Positions 8,945 through 17,738 of a stretch of 64,000 nt of DNA are shown here, in pieces. The DNA is from an uncultured archaeon (lineage in GTDB: Archaea > Iainarchaeota > Iainarchaeia > Iainarchaeales > GCA-2688035). The notes under the pieces are model-generated. The model had not been told where the DNA came from and did not search any database. It saw nothing but the letters and a program-made list of their open reading frames with translations. Position 1 is the stretch's first letter. Each line of letters begins with the position of its first letter. Location: NCBI GenBank assembly GCA_964354805.1, contig CAYHBD010000009.1, forward strand, positions 96,001 through 160,000. The letters run 5' to 3'. Both the position numbers and the translations under genes were made by a program.

Positions 8945-10285
8945 CTATTTGTTTAATTTTAGTTTATTTAATATATAATATATTGGGAGGCTTGCTGCGA
9001 AGGCGATTAGGGCAAAGCCCATTAAAAGAGGCGGGAATTGCAGCAGCATTGCAAGGCAGGTTATTGCACCAAAAAAAGGCAGTATGGGAAACCTGCCTAT
9101 TGAAAGCGGCGTTTTGAAGGTTCTTTTTGCATTTGGCTTTGCATAGCGCAGCGCAACAACGCAGCAGTTGACTGCAAAGAAAATCAGGAAAATCCCCAAA
9201 TTTGAGAGGGATGCAACTGATTTGATGTCGCCAATTAAAGCGAATGCCATTGCAAAAACCATTGTCAGAATAACTGCGATATAAGGGGTTCCAGCCTTGG
9301 GATGGATTCTGCGCAAAAAAGCAGGCAGGCATTTTTCCTCGCTCATTCCGAAAATCCGCCTGCTTACCGAAATCAGGGCAATCAGCACAGTGTTTGCTGT
9401 TGAGCACAGAGCAATCAATGCAAGCAAAGTGAACGCGTCAGGGCCAAATGCCTTTTGCGCAACCGAAGCAATCGGGGCGCTGCTCTGGCTCAGCTGCTGC
9501 CAGCCCAGAACGCTTACAGCCGATATTGAAACTAGGATATATAAAACAGTTGAAATAGCAAGGCTCAAAAGCATGGCAATGGGGATTGTCCGCTTCGGGT
9601 TCCTCGTTTCCTCGGTTACATTCGCAAGGTCCTCAAAGCCGATGTAAGCGAAGAAAATCAATGCAGCTGCGCCTGCAACAGGCTGCAGAAAATCAAAGAT
9701 ATTTGCGGCAGCATTCGGGGTTTCAAAATAATTCACCGAGCCGAAAAAAGGCAGGCCGATTGCGATTATTATCAATAACCCAGCCAGTTCAATTGAAGTT
9801 AAAACAGTGTTGAACCTCGCTGACTCCTTCATTCCGATGAAATTCACAACTGAAAGAACGGCAATCAGGCCGAGCGCCGCTGGCAGAAAAAAACCCGGAA
9901 AAAACTTGGTGAAATAGCCTGCAAAGCCGAGCGAAACAGTTGCAGCGCACAAAATTCCCGCAGCCAAAGCAATCCAGCTGACAAAAAAAGCCAGGCTGTT
10001 TCTCTTGAAAGCGCTCTGCATGTAAACATACTCTGCCGCTTCTCGCGGAAACATGCCGCTCAATTCAGCATAGCTCAAGGCAGTGAAACCTGCTATAATT
10101 GCGGAAACAACAAAACTCAGCCACAAGGCGTTCCCGGCAATGCCTGCACCCTGCCCAATCAAAACATAAATTCCCGCCCCAAGGATAATTCCAATTCCGT
10201 AAAGGGTTGCCTCAAACAAGCCAATGTTCCGCTTCAAATGCGGCTTGAAAATCCTCGGATGCGGCTGATGCAAAGGATGCCTCAA
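8945..10285 (-). CDS. APC-family amino acid permease
   Basis: GIILGAGIY, YAEL, FFAYIGFE, EET.NP.R.IP; about 12 TM helices. Confidence 0.93.
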   Translation of the reverse strand: MRHPLHQPHPRIFKPHLKRNIGLFEATLYGIGIILGAGIYVLIGQGAGIAGNALWLSFVVSAIIAGFTALSYAELSGMFPREAAEYVYMQSAFKRNSLAFFVSWIALAAGILCAATVSLGFAGYFTKFFPGFFLPAALGLIAVLSVVNFIGMKESARFNTVLTSIELAGLLIIIAIGLPFFGSVNYFETPNAAANIFDFLQPVAGAAALIFFAYIGFEDLANVTEETRNPKRTIPIAMLLSLAISTVLYILVSISAVSVLGWQQLSQSSAPIASVAQKAFGPDAFTLLALIALCSTANTVLIALISVSRRIFGMSEEKCLPAFLRRIHPKAGTPYIAVILTMVFAMAFALIGDIKSVASLSNLGIFLIFFAVNCCVVALRYAKPNAKRTFKTPLSIGRFPILPFFGAITCLAMLLQFPPLLMGFALIAFAASLPIYYILNKLKLNK

Positions 10286-10346
10286 AGCAAAAAACCCCTC
10301 GGCTCTTTCAAAACCCCATTAAGGCAATACATTGAAAACCGCCCCT

Positions 10347-10901
10347 TCACTTCTTTCTGTACCATGCAGTGTACCTGTACAGCCAGTAGAACAAGGCAAG
10401 GACAACAATTGCAACAATTGCATTCAGAACAGTTGTAACAGGCGGGTAGATATTCCTCTGTTCCCAAGGAATCAATTCAAAGTCAGGCTCAAAAAAAGCA
10501 TAGGCGGCAATAACCACTGCAGCAACAAACATCAGCTGAATGAAAAAAAGCGCTGTTGCCTGCTGGTCCTTTGCCTTGCGCAGCTTTTCCTTTGCAGCCT
10601 GCTTTATTGTTGCACCAGCCATCTTTTGGGCAGCAAACAAAGCAGGGTGCTTTTTCTTGACAGCAAAATACATTGCAACAATCAGAACAAGAATAAAAGC
10701 AAGCAAAACATACTCAATAGGCTCCCTGCTCAAGCTGAACTGAAAAGGGTGTTCAGAAAAAACCCGCAAGCCAAACAAATAAAGCAGCTGGTAAACAAAA
10801 AGAATCACCAAAACAATCTGGGCAAACAAAAAAGCAATTGCCCTCCGCTGCTCCCTAATCGTCTTCCGCCTGATTCTAATCATGCTATAAAAGAACAGCA
10901 T
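10347..10901 (-). CDS. Hypothetical membrane protein
   Basis: Four hydrophobic segments; start probably at ATG about 10883. Confidence 0.65.
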   Translation of the reverse strand: MLFFYSMIRIRRKTIREQRRAIAFLFAQIVLVILFVYQLLYLFGLRVFSEHPFQFSLSREPIEYVLLAFILVLIVAMYFAVKKKHPALFAAQKMAGATIKQAAKEKLRKAKDQQATALFFIQLMFVAAVVIAAYAFFEPDFELIPWEQRNIYPPVTTVLNAIVAIVVLALFYWLYRYTAWYRKK

Positions 10902-10988
10902 TCGAGTATAAAAATTTTAAGGAAAGGAAAAACTGCCTGCAAAATTGCAATTGCAAAGGTTTTTTAGGAAAAACAACAATAAGTTTTT

Positions 10989-12296
10989 ATGAATCCAAGA
11001 AGAACTGCCACAAGAACAAAGAAAAAGCTGGTTATGTTAACTGGAACCGCGCAGCCCAGAGAAGACCTAAGAAGGCTTGTTGCATGGCATAGCCTTGAAC
11101 AGCCGGAACATGTGCTCAGGGTTGCTTCAAGCAAAAGGCTGCAACAGGCAAGCCAAGCCTGGGCAAAAAAATTTCCTGGAATAGGAAGGAGAATTGCAAA
11201 AACCCCACCACCTGAAAGGCTTCGGGCAATGCAAAAAATTGAACAGCTTGGAATACGCCAAGTGGAAAATGCACTGCGAAAAGGCTTTGCTTTGAAAGAG
11301 GTGCTGAACTATCCAACAAGGGTAGAGCTCGCTGCTTTTATCCGCAGGACAACACCTGAAAGAGTGAAAATCCTCAGTGGCTTTGGCTTAAACGAAATCA
11401 ATGCAAAAAACCTCTGCATATTGTTTGAGTGGCAGAGCCCTGAAAATATCCGCCAATTTTTTTCAGAATTGCGGAGAACAAGCATTGACCCAAACACGCT
11501 GAGCCCAAAACAGTATACCCAGTTTTATTCAACCGGAAAATGCGATTTGCTTGATTTTGAAACACCAAAAGATAAAAGACTAAGAGTGTTAGGCCACACT
11601 TCCAGGAGCGTTATTGCCTCCACTAAGCCAATAACGCGATTTGTAGACTTCAGAAGGCACGGCAGGGCGCTTTTTTCAAAGAACTTCGCCTTTTCAGAAA
11701 ACCTGCGGCAATCGCTTGCAGAAAAAGGAATTGCTGCATTTGGTTTTTCTGCAAAAGTGAGAAAGATCGTAAGCTCGAATCCCCTTGTAGGTTTCCCCGA
11801 CAGGCATGCGTTTTACTTGGAAGTGCCGGAAATCGCTGACCTTTTGAGGGAAGCAAGGCCAAAAAGGCAGCACCTTCGCAATGCGCTTGCATTTGCGGAC
11901 GTAACATTGATTCCAACACAAAAATACATTCACATCTATGAATTGCAGTCAGATATTGTAGGAAAGCTGAGAGAGCCGAACAGGGAAAAATACAAAAGCT
12001 GGGCTGAACTCACTGTTCTTGGCTTGGCAGATTTTGCCGCAAAAAACGGCTACGAGTTTATGGACCTCTCAAGCCCACACATAATAAAACAAGTCTGGCC
12101 CCATCTTGGCAGAGAACTAACGCAAAGGCTCTACTATGATTTGCCCAAAAAAATGGGTTTTGAACTTTTCAAAAGAAAAACAGCAGTACAACACTATGAC
12201 AGCGCCTTTGGAGAACAGCAGTTTGGAAAAAGCAATATTGTATGGCGAGTTGAAATAAATACCCTCAAGAAAAAGTTCCCAGAATTCTTCACCTAA
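10989..12296 (+). CDS. Hypothetical protein with Arg/Lys-rich N-terminus and an ELQSD-type C-terminal domain
   Basis: 435-aa ORF; IYELQSD...W..L.......A..NGY pattern. Confidence 0.65.
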   Translation: MNPRRTATRTKKKLVMLTGTAQPREDLRRLVAWHSLEQPEHVLRVASSKRLQQASQAWAKKFPGIGRRIAKTPPPERLRAMQKIEQLGIRQVENALRKGFALKEVLNYPTRVELAAFIRRTTPERVKILSGFGLNEINAKNLCILFEWQSPENIRQFFSELRRTSIDPNTLSPKQYTQFYSTGKCDLLDFETPKDKRLRVLGHTSRSVIASTKPITRFVDFRRHGRALFSKNFAFSENLRQSLAEKGIAAFGFSAKVRKIVSSNPLVGFPDRHAFYLEVPEIADLLREARPKRQHLRNALAFADVTLIPTQKYIHIYELQSDIVGKLREPNREKYKSWAELTVLGLADFAAKNGYEFMDLSSPHIIKQVWPHLGRELTQRLYYDLPKKMGFELFKRKTAVQHYDSAFGEQQFGKSNIVWRVEINTLKKKFPEFFT

Positions 12297-12301
12297 GGGG
12301 C

Positions 12302-12411
12302 TTATTCCTCAATTTTTATCCCGAACTCTTCATCAATCTCTTTTGCGGTTTTCTTCACTCGTCAATTTTTATCCCGAATTCCTCATCTATTTCCTTTGCG
12401 GTTTTCTTCAT
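12302..12411 (-). repeat. Diverged tandem copy of the last 19 codons (incl. stop) of the HTH regulator gene
   Basis: Gene end MKKTAKEIDEEFGIKIDE* (12355-12411) versus copy (G)TG-KKTAKEIDEEFGIKIEE* (12302-12358). Confidence 0.9.
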
Positions 12412-12795
12412 CCGCTGGAAAATCCTCTCAATGTCTTCCTCAATCTCCTCAATTGTTCGAAACATTGACCTGCTTCTCGGCAGATAAAAGCGCCCCTCTC
12501 GAACAACAAGACCAGAGCGCAGCATATTGTTCAAATGGTTTATTACGCTTCCCCTGCTCATCTCAACCCTCTTTGCAAGAGCAGTGGAAGTCAGGGGCTT
12601 GCTTCGCTCAGCTCCCTTAATGATTTCCTTGAAAACACTAGCTGCTGTCTTCTCCCTGTCAATAGGTTCAAAAAAGCCGAGGCAGTTGCACAGCCAGTCA
12701 AGCTCTTTGTCAATGCCGTGGCTGAAAGGCTTTTCCACCCTTCTCACAACAATCTTGAAAGAAGCCCTCCTGACGGTTTTTGGTTCCGGGCTCAT
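12355..12795 (-). CDS. Winged-HTH transcriptional regulator (ArsR/TrmB-like), divergent from grpE-dnaK-dnaJ
   Basis: LTSTALAKRVEMSRGSVINHLNNML.SGLV HTH; ATG at 12795. Confidence 0.82.
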   Translation of the reverse strand: MSPEPKTVRRASFKIVVRRVEKPFSHGIDKELDWLCNCLGFFEPIDREKTAASVFKEIIKGAERSKPLTSTALAKRVEMSRGSVINHLNNMLRSGLVVREGRFYLPRSRSMFRTIEEIEEDIERIFQRMKKTAKEIDEEFGIKIDE

Positions 12796-12820
12796 AAAAT
12801 AATAAGAAAAGGAAAGCAAT

Positions 12821-12837
12821 TTAAACATTTTGTTTAA
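12821..12837. promoter_or_regulatory. Perfect inverted repeat TTAAACA-TTT-TGTTTAA in the divergent promoter region
   Basis: 7-bp arms with a 3-nt spacer between the HTH gene and grpE, overlapping TATA-like TTTAAA. Confidence 0.5.
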
Positions 12838-12886
12838 GAAAATATGTAAATGATTAAATAATTTAGACATTTGGCAGTGATTTTGC

Positions 12887-13519
12887 TTGCAGAAAAAAGA
12901 AACCGGCACAACAGAGAAAAAGCAGAAACATGCTGAGAGTACAACTGAAAAAAAACAGGAGCAGACGGGAGAAGAGAAAAAGCAGTTGCACCAGCAAATT
13001 CAGGAACTTAAAGAGACATTGCAGCGCGTGCAAGCTGACTTTGAGAACACATGCAAAAGGACGGAGAAAGAAAAGGCTGAATTCAGGAAGTATGCGAATG
13101 CTGCTATGGCAAAGGAATTGCTGCCTTTGCTTGACAGCATGGATGCTGCTGTTGAAAAGCTGCAGAAGCAGGAAGATGTGAAAAAGGAGGAGATGTTGAA
13201 TGGATTGCGATTGTTGCGGATGCAATTGCTGCAGTTGCTGCAAATGCACGGGCTGCAGGAAATAAAATGCCTGGGCGAGAAATTTAATCCAATGCTGCAT
13301 GAAGTAGTAACGCAGGGATGTGATGAAAGCAGGCAGGAGGATTGTGTGCTTGATGAACTGCAGAAGGGTTATTTGCTGAATGAAAGGGTTTTAAGGCATT
13401 CAAAGGTTAAAGTAAATAAGAAAAAAGAAGAGAAAAAAGGGAATGATGCTGAATCAACGGGTAAAAAAGAAGGGCAAAAGAATGGCGAAAAAAAGGGAAT
13501 TGCTTCAAATAATGCATGA
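12887..13519 (+). CDS. grpE: Nucleotide exchange factor GrpE
   Basis: ADFEN...R, LLP.LD, F.P..HE and GY.LNERVLR.SKVKV. Confidence 0.95.
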   Translation: MQKKETGTTEKKQKHAESTTEKKQEQTGEEKKQLHQQIQELKETLQRVQADFENTCKRTEKEKAEFRKYANAAMAKELLPLLDSMDAAVEKLQKQEDVKKEEMLNGLRLLRMQLLQLLQMHGLQEIKCLGEKFNPMLHEVVTQGCDESRQEDCVLDELQKGYLLNERVLRHSKVKVNKKKEEKKGNDAESTGKKEGQKNGEKKGIASNNA

Positions 13520-13535
13520 AAAGGTGAGCAAAAGA

Positions 13536-13613
13536 ATGGTAAAGAGACCAAATCCAATTGATGTGCCGGATGAATTGTTTCCGGACATGCCGAATGACGG
13601 CGATGATTTTTAA
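13536..13613 (+). CDS. Putative 25-aa microprotein MVKRPNPIDVPDELFPDMPNDGDDF
   Basis: AGGTGA RBS upstream of the ATG; fills the grpE-dnaK gap. Confidence 0.45.
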   Translation: MVKRPNPIDVPDELFPDMPNDGDDF

Positions 13614-13627
13614 GGGAGTGACGAGAA

Positions 13628-15499
13628 ATGGGCAAAGTTATTGGAATTGACTTGGGAACTTCGAACAGCGCTGCTGCTTTCCTGGAAGCCGGAAAGCCGA
13701 AAATTATTCCAAGCGCTGAAGGCGCTTCGGTTTACGGAAAAGCCTTTCCCTCTTATGTTGCTTTTACAAAAGAAGGCCAGGTGCTTGTGGGAGAGCCGGC
13801 AAAAAGGCAGGCAGTAAGCAACCCTGACAATACTTTCACTGCTTTTAAAAGAAAAATGGGCACTGACTTCAAATACAAAGCCAGGGGCAAAGAGTACACC
13901 CCGCAGCAATTAAGCGCTTTCCTCCTGCAGAAAATAAAGAAGGATGCCGAAGAGTTTTTGGGAGAAAAAATTGAAAAAGCAGTTATCACTGTTCCAGCTT
14001 ATTTTGACGATAATCAGCGCCAAGCAACAAAGGATGCAGGAGAAATTGCAGGCATGCAGGTGATTAGAATTGTTAACGAGCCAACGGCAGCCTGCCTTGC
14101 ATATGGCCTAGATAAAAAAGCAAAAGAGCAGCGGATTCTTGTTTTTGATTTCGGCGGCGGAACACTTGATGTAACTGTAATGGAATTCGGGCAGGGCGTA
14201 TTTGAAGTGAAATCAACCAGCGGTGACACACTGCTTGGCGGAACAGACATGGATAACACGCTTGTTGACTTCATTGCAGCTGAATTCAAAAAAGAGCAGG
14301 CAGTTGATTTGAAAAAAGATAGCATGGCAATGCAGCGCTTGAGGGAAGCAGCCGAAAAGGCAAAAATTGAATTGAGCACAGTGCTTGAAACAGACATTAA
14401 TCTGCCATACATTACAGCAGACAGCTCAGGCCCAAAGCACCTTGCAATGAAAATCACCAGGGCAAAGCTTGAGAAGCTGATTGAGCCGATTATTAAGAGA
14501 TGCGAAAAACCTGTGAAGCAGGCACTTGCCGACGCAAAAATGCTGCCTGCAGACATAAACAAAATCATAATGGTTGGAGGCCCAACAAGAATGCCCTGCG
14601 TGCAGAGCTTTGTTGAAAGCATTGCAGGCACAAAAGTTGAAAGGGGCGTTGACCCAATGGAATGCGTTGCTGCAGGGGCTGCAGTGCAGGCAGGTGTTTT
14701 GAGCGGAGAAGTCAAAGATGTCCTGTTGCTTGATGTCACTCCATTGACCCTTGGGATTGAAACGCTTGGCAGCATTCGAACACAGCTTATTGCAAGGAAC
14801 ACAACAATTCCAACAAAAAAGAGCCAGATTTTTTCAACGGCAGCAGACAGCCAGACAGCCGTTGACATTCATGTGCTGCAGGGAGAAAGGGAAATGGCCA
14901 GAGACAACAAAAGCCTTGGCAGGTTCCAGCTGGTTGGAATACCGCCGGCGCCAAGGGGAATTCCGCAGATTGAGGTAACATTTGACATTGATGCAAATGG
15001 AATAGTGCATGTTACAGCAAAGGATTTGGGAACAGGAAAAAGCCAGAGCATCAAAATCGTTGCATCGCAGAAGCTGAACGAGGATGAAATTGAAAGAATG
15101 AGGAAAGAAGCAGAGCAGCACGCTGCAGAGGACAAGAAAAGGAAGGGAGAAGCTGAAACAATCAACGAAGCAGATGCCGTTACTTACAGCACTGAAAAGC
15201 TGCTTGAAGAAATGAAGGACAAGGGTGAAAAGGAAAAGCTTGACAAAGTGAAAAAGCTCAATGACGAACTGAAAGAGCTTCTTGAGAAAGAGCCGAAAGA
15301 CGCAGGAGCAATTAGGGCGAAGATGGATGAATTGAGCAAAAAAACGCAGGAGATTGGAACAGAGATTTACAGGAAGGCTGCGGAAGAGGCTGCAAAAAAA
15401 CAGCAGGGAGCGCAGGGGGCAAAGGGCAGCGGAGAGCAAGGCGGAGAAGACAATGTTGTTGACGCTGACTACGAAGTGCGAGACGAGGACAAAAAATAA
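13628..15499 (+). CDS. dnaK: Chaperone DnaK (Hsp70)
   Basis: [32 protein letters not shown]. Confidence 0.99.
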   Translation: MGKVIGIDLGTSNSAAAFLEAGKPKIIPSAEGASVYGKAFPSYVAFTKEGQVLVGEPAKRQAVSNPDNTFTAFKRKMGTDFKYKARGKEYTPQQLSAFLLQKIKKDAEEFLGEKIEKAVITVPAYFDDNQRQATKDAGEIAGMQVIRIVNEPTAACLAYGLDKKAKEQRILVFDFGGGTLDVTVMEFGQGVFEVKSTSGDTLLGGTDMDNTLVDFIAAEFKKEQAVDLKKDSMAMQRLREAAEKAKIELSTVLETDINLPYITADSSGPKHLAMKITRAKLEKLIEPIIKRCEKPVKQALADAKMLPADINKIIMVGGPTRMPCVQSFVESIAGTKVERGVDPMECVAAGAAVQAGVLSGEVKDVLLLDVTPLTLGIETLGSIRTQLIARNTTIPTKKSQIFSTAADSQTAVDIHVLQGEREMARDNKSLGRFQLVGIPPAPRGIPQIEVTFDIDANGIVHVTAKDLGTGKSQSIKIVASQKLNEDEIERMRKEAEQHAAEDKKRKGEAETINEADAVTYSTEKLLEEMKDKGEKEKLDKVKKLNDELKELLEKEPKDAGAIRAKMDELSKKTQEIGTEIYRKAAEEAAKKQQGAQGAKGSGEQGGEDNVVDADYEVRDEDKK

Positions 15500-15560
15500 T
15501 ACCAGAAAAACAAAAAGCCCCTTTTTTAATTTCTTTTCAATTAATTTTAACTGATTTGGC

Positions 15561-16709
15561 ATGCCAGAAAAGCGCGATTACTATGATGTTCTCGGATTGA
15601 AGCGCGGCGCTTCAACTGATGAAGTGAAAAACGCTTACAAAGAGCTTGCGAAAAAATACCACCCTGATTTGAACAAGGAAGCAGGCGCTGAAGAGAAATT
15701 CAAGGAATTGCTGGAAGCATACCAGGTTCTTTCCGATCCGGAGAAAAAAGCAAACTATGACCAGTTCGGGCACGCGGCCGAAGGGTTCCAGGGCTTTCAG
15801 GGATTCAGGGGCGCCGGAGCAAGAGGCTTTGATTTCGATTTCGGGGACATCTTTGAAAACATGGGCGGATTCAGCGAATTCAACCTCGGAGACCTGTTCA
15901 GGGAAGCGTTCGGTGGCAGGGGAGCAAGAGCAGCCCCAAGCCATGGAAGCAACTTGCGGCTGGACTTAAGCATCAGCTTTGAGGAAGCAGCATTCGGGGC
16001 AGAAAAAACAGTGCACATTGAAAGAGTAGAAAGCTGCGATGCATGCAATGGAAAAGGCGGTAGCGGGGAAGAAACATGCAGCCAATGCAAAGGGCACGGA
16101 GTAATAACCCAGAGCAGGAGAACAATGTTTGGAGTTTTTTCAACACAATCAACCTGCGGAAAGTGCGGCGGAAGCGGAAAAACAGTGCGAAACATCTGCA
16201 AGTCATGCAATGGAAAAGGAAAAATAAAAATCAGAAAAGAAATCAAGGTAAAAATTCCGGCTGGAGTGAACACAGGAAACCACCTGCGCTTGCACGGGCA
16301 GGGCAATGCAGGCAGCAGGGGCGGAAGAGCAGGCGACTTGTTTGTTGTGATTTTCGTTGAACCGCACGATGTTTTCAAGCGGGATGGAACAGACATTTTT
16401 GCTGAAGTGCCGATTTCTTTTGCCGAAGCAGCGCTTGGAACAAAGCTTGATGTTCCAACACTGGATGGAGAAGCAACAATCAAAGTGCCTGCCGGAACGC
16501 AGACCGGAACAATCTTCAGGCTGCGGGACAAGGGAATAAAGGAACTTGAGGGAAGCGGCTTTGGAGACGAATATGTCAAGGTAATTGTTGAAACCCCAAA
16601 GAAAATGAGCAGCAGGCAGCGTCAGCTGTTTGAAGAAATTGTGAAAGAAGAAAACCTGCGCGAGGAAAGGAAAGGCTTTTTTGCGAAAGTTGGAAAAAAA
16701 TTTAAGTAA
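15561..16709 (+). CDS. dnaJ: Chaperone DnaJ
   Basis: HPD J-domain, G/F region and four CxxCxGxG repeats. Confidence 0.99.
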   Translation: MPEKRDYYDVLGLKRGASTDEVKNAYKELAKKYHPDLNKEAGAEEKFKELLEAYQVLSDPEKKANYDQFGHAAEGFQGFQGFRGAGARGFDFDFGDIFENMGGFSEFNLGDLFREAFGGRGARAAPSHGSNLRLDLSISFEEAAFGAEKTVHIERVESCDACNGKGGSGEETCSQCKGHGVITQSRRTMFGVFSTQSTCGKCGGSGKTVRNICKSCNGKGKIKIRKEIKVKIPAGVNTGNHLRLHGQGNAGSRGGRAGDLFVVIFVEPHDVFKRDGTDIFAEVPISFAEAALGTKLDVPTLDGEATIKVPAGTQTGTIFRLRDKGIKELEGSGFGDEYVKVIVETPKKMSSRQRQLFEEIVKEENLREERKGFFAKVGKKFK

Positions 16710-16744
16710 TATTTTATTACCCAAATTCACATGGTTGAGTAAAC

Positions 16745-16849
16745 ATGCCCAAAAAAAATTTGCATGACGAATTCCTGCACAAAATACAGCAACAGAAAAT
16801 GAAAGAATTGTGGGATAACAAAGAAGACGAATTCTGGGAAGACGTTTAA
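16745..16849 (+). CDS. Putative 34-aa small protein MPKKNLHDEFLHKIQQQKMKELWDNKEDEFWEDV, antitoxin-like
   Basis: Acidic LWDNxEDExW tail resembles small antitoxins usually found upstream of PemK/MazF toxins. Confidence 0.5.
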   Translation: MPKKNLHDEFLHKIQQQKMKELWDNKEDEFWEDV

Positions 16850-16859
16850 TCCAGAATTT

Positions 16860-17540
16860 TTACAGCTGCCTTTTCCCGATTTTTCTGAAAACCAAGTAAG
16901 AGTAAACAAATGTTGCTGCAAGCATCAGCAAAGCAAGCCCTATTACGAAAGCAAATGCCCAATCAGGCCAAGCAACAGAGAAAAGCATTACTATGCCGAA
17001 CACAATGAACAGCTTCCCGCCGAACACATGGGTCTTTGCCCAAACCTTGTCGCTTGCAAGAGCCCAGGGAGTCCTGATTCCGATAAAAAAGTTTCTTTTA
17101 AGGTGCGGCAGCAGCAACCCGATTGCAATGAAAAGCACTGCAATGGCTGGAGGAAAAACCTGCGCCATATTGAATTGAAAGCCAAAAGAGGGGGACAAGA
17201 TTATTGCAAAAAAGGCAATGAAGAACAACTGCAGCACCAGGCCAAAAGCCCAGTAGTGCTGTTCAAAAGCCTTCCAGTTTTCCTTAAATGGATCGATTTT
17301 TGGAAGAACAACCCACAAAAGCAGCATAACAGCCATTATCAGCGGGATTAGGAAAGCAGAAACCCAGTTCGGGCCCCAGCCATCAATCTGCCCAGCTGCA
17401 TTCCAGTGAATTGGAACAATTTCCGGCAGCATTGGAAGAACAACAAAAGCAGCCACAACAGCGGCAATCACAAGCAAAAAGCAAACTATTTCCAAAGCCA
17501 ATGTTCCCTTATTTTTCTTATGCATCTGAATTGAATACAA
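16860..17540 (-). CDS. SdpI/DUF1648 family membrane protein
   Basis: LPE.VPIHWN..G..DG and N.FIGIRTPW.L.S..VW.KTH. Confidence 0.92.
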   Translation of the reverse strand: MYSIQMHKKNKGTLALEIVCFLLVIAAVVAAFVVLPMLPEIVPIHWNAAGQIDGWGPNWVSAFLIPLIMAVMLLLWVVLPKIDPFKENWKAFEQHYWAFGLVLQLFFIAFFAIILSPSFGFQFNMAQVFPPAIAVLFIAIGLLLPHLKRNFFIGIRTPWALASDKVWAKTHVFGGKLFIVFGIVMLFSVAWPDWAFAFVIGLALLMLAATFVYSYLVFRKIGKRQL

Positions 17541-17618
17541 CGGAAAGGAATAAAAAAAGAAGTAATGGAAAAAAAGCCTGCGTTTTCCTCATCGCACGGC
17601 ATTTCACAGTTTTAATTA

Positions 17619-17738
17619 CTACGCTTGCCCGCACACTCCATCAATGCAAAAACCAGAAGCGCATTGAGTGTTATCAGTGCAGTGAGCATTTGCTTTCTTG
17701 AGGTCACAGACACCGCTCGCGCAACTATTTGGGCAGGA
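17619..17738 (-). pseudogene. Orphaned Cys-rich C-terminus, in frame after the stop of the 1189-aa gene
   Basis: After the TAG: SCPNSCASGVCDLKKANAHCTDNTQCASGFCIDGVCGQA**. Confidence 0.65.

Noticed and set aside
14014-14868. Long antisense ORFs (also 15797-16579, 33517-34470, 49462-50331, 29596-30291, 60054-60812)
   Set aside because: Shadow frames of well-supported genes on the opposite strand, with no recognisable motifs
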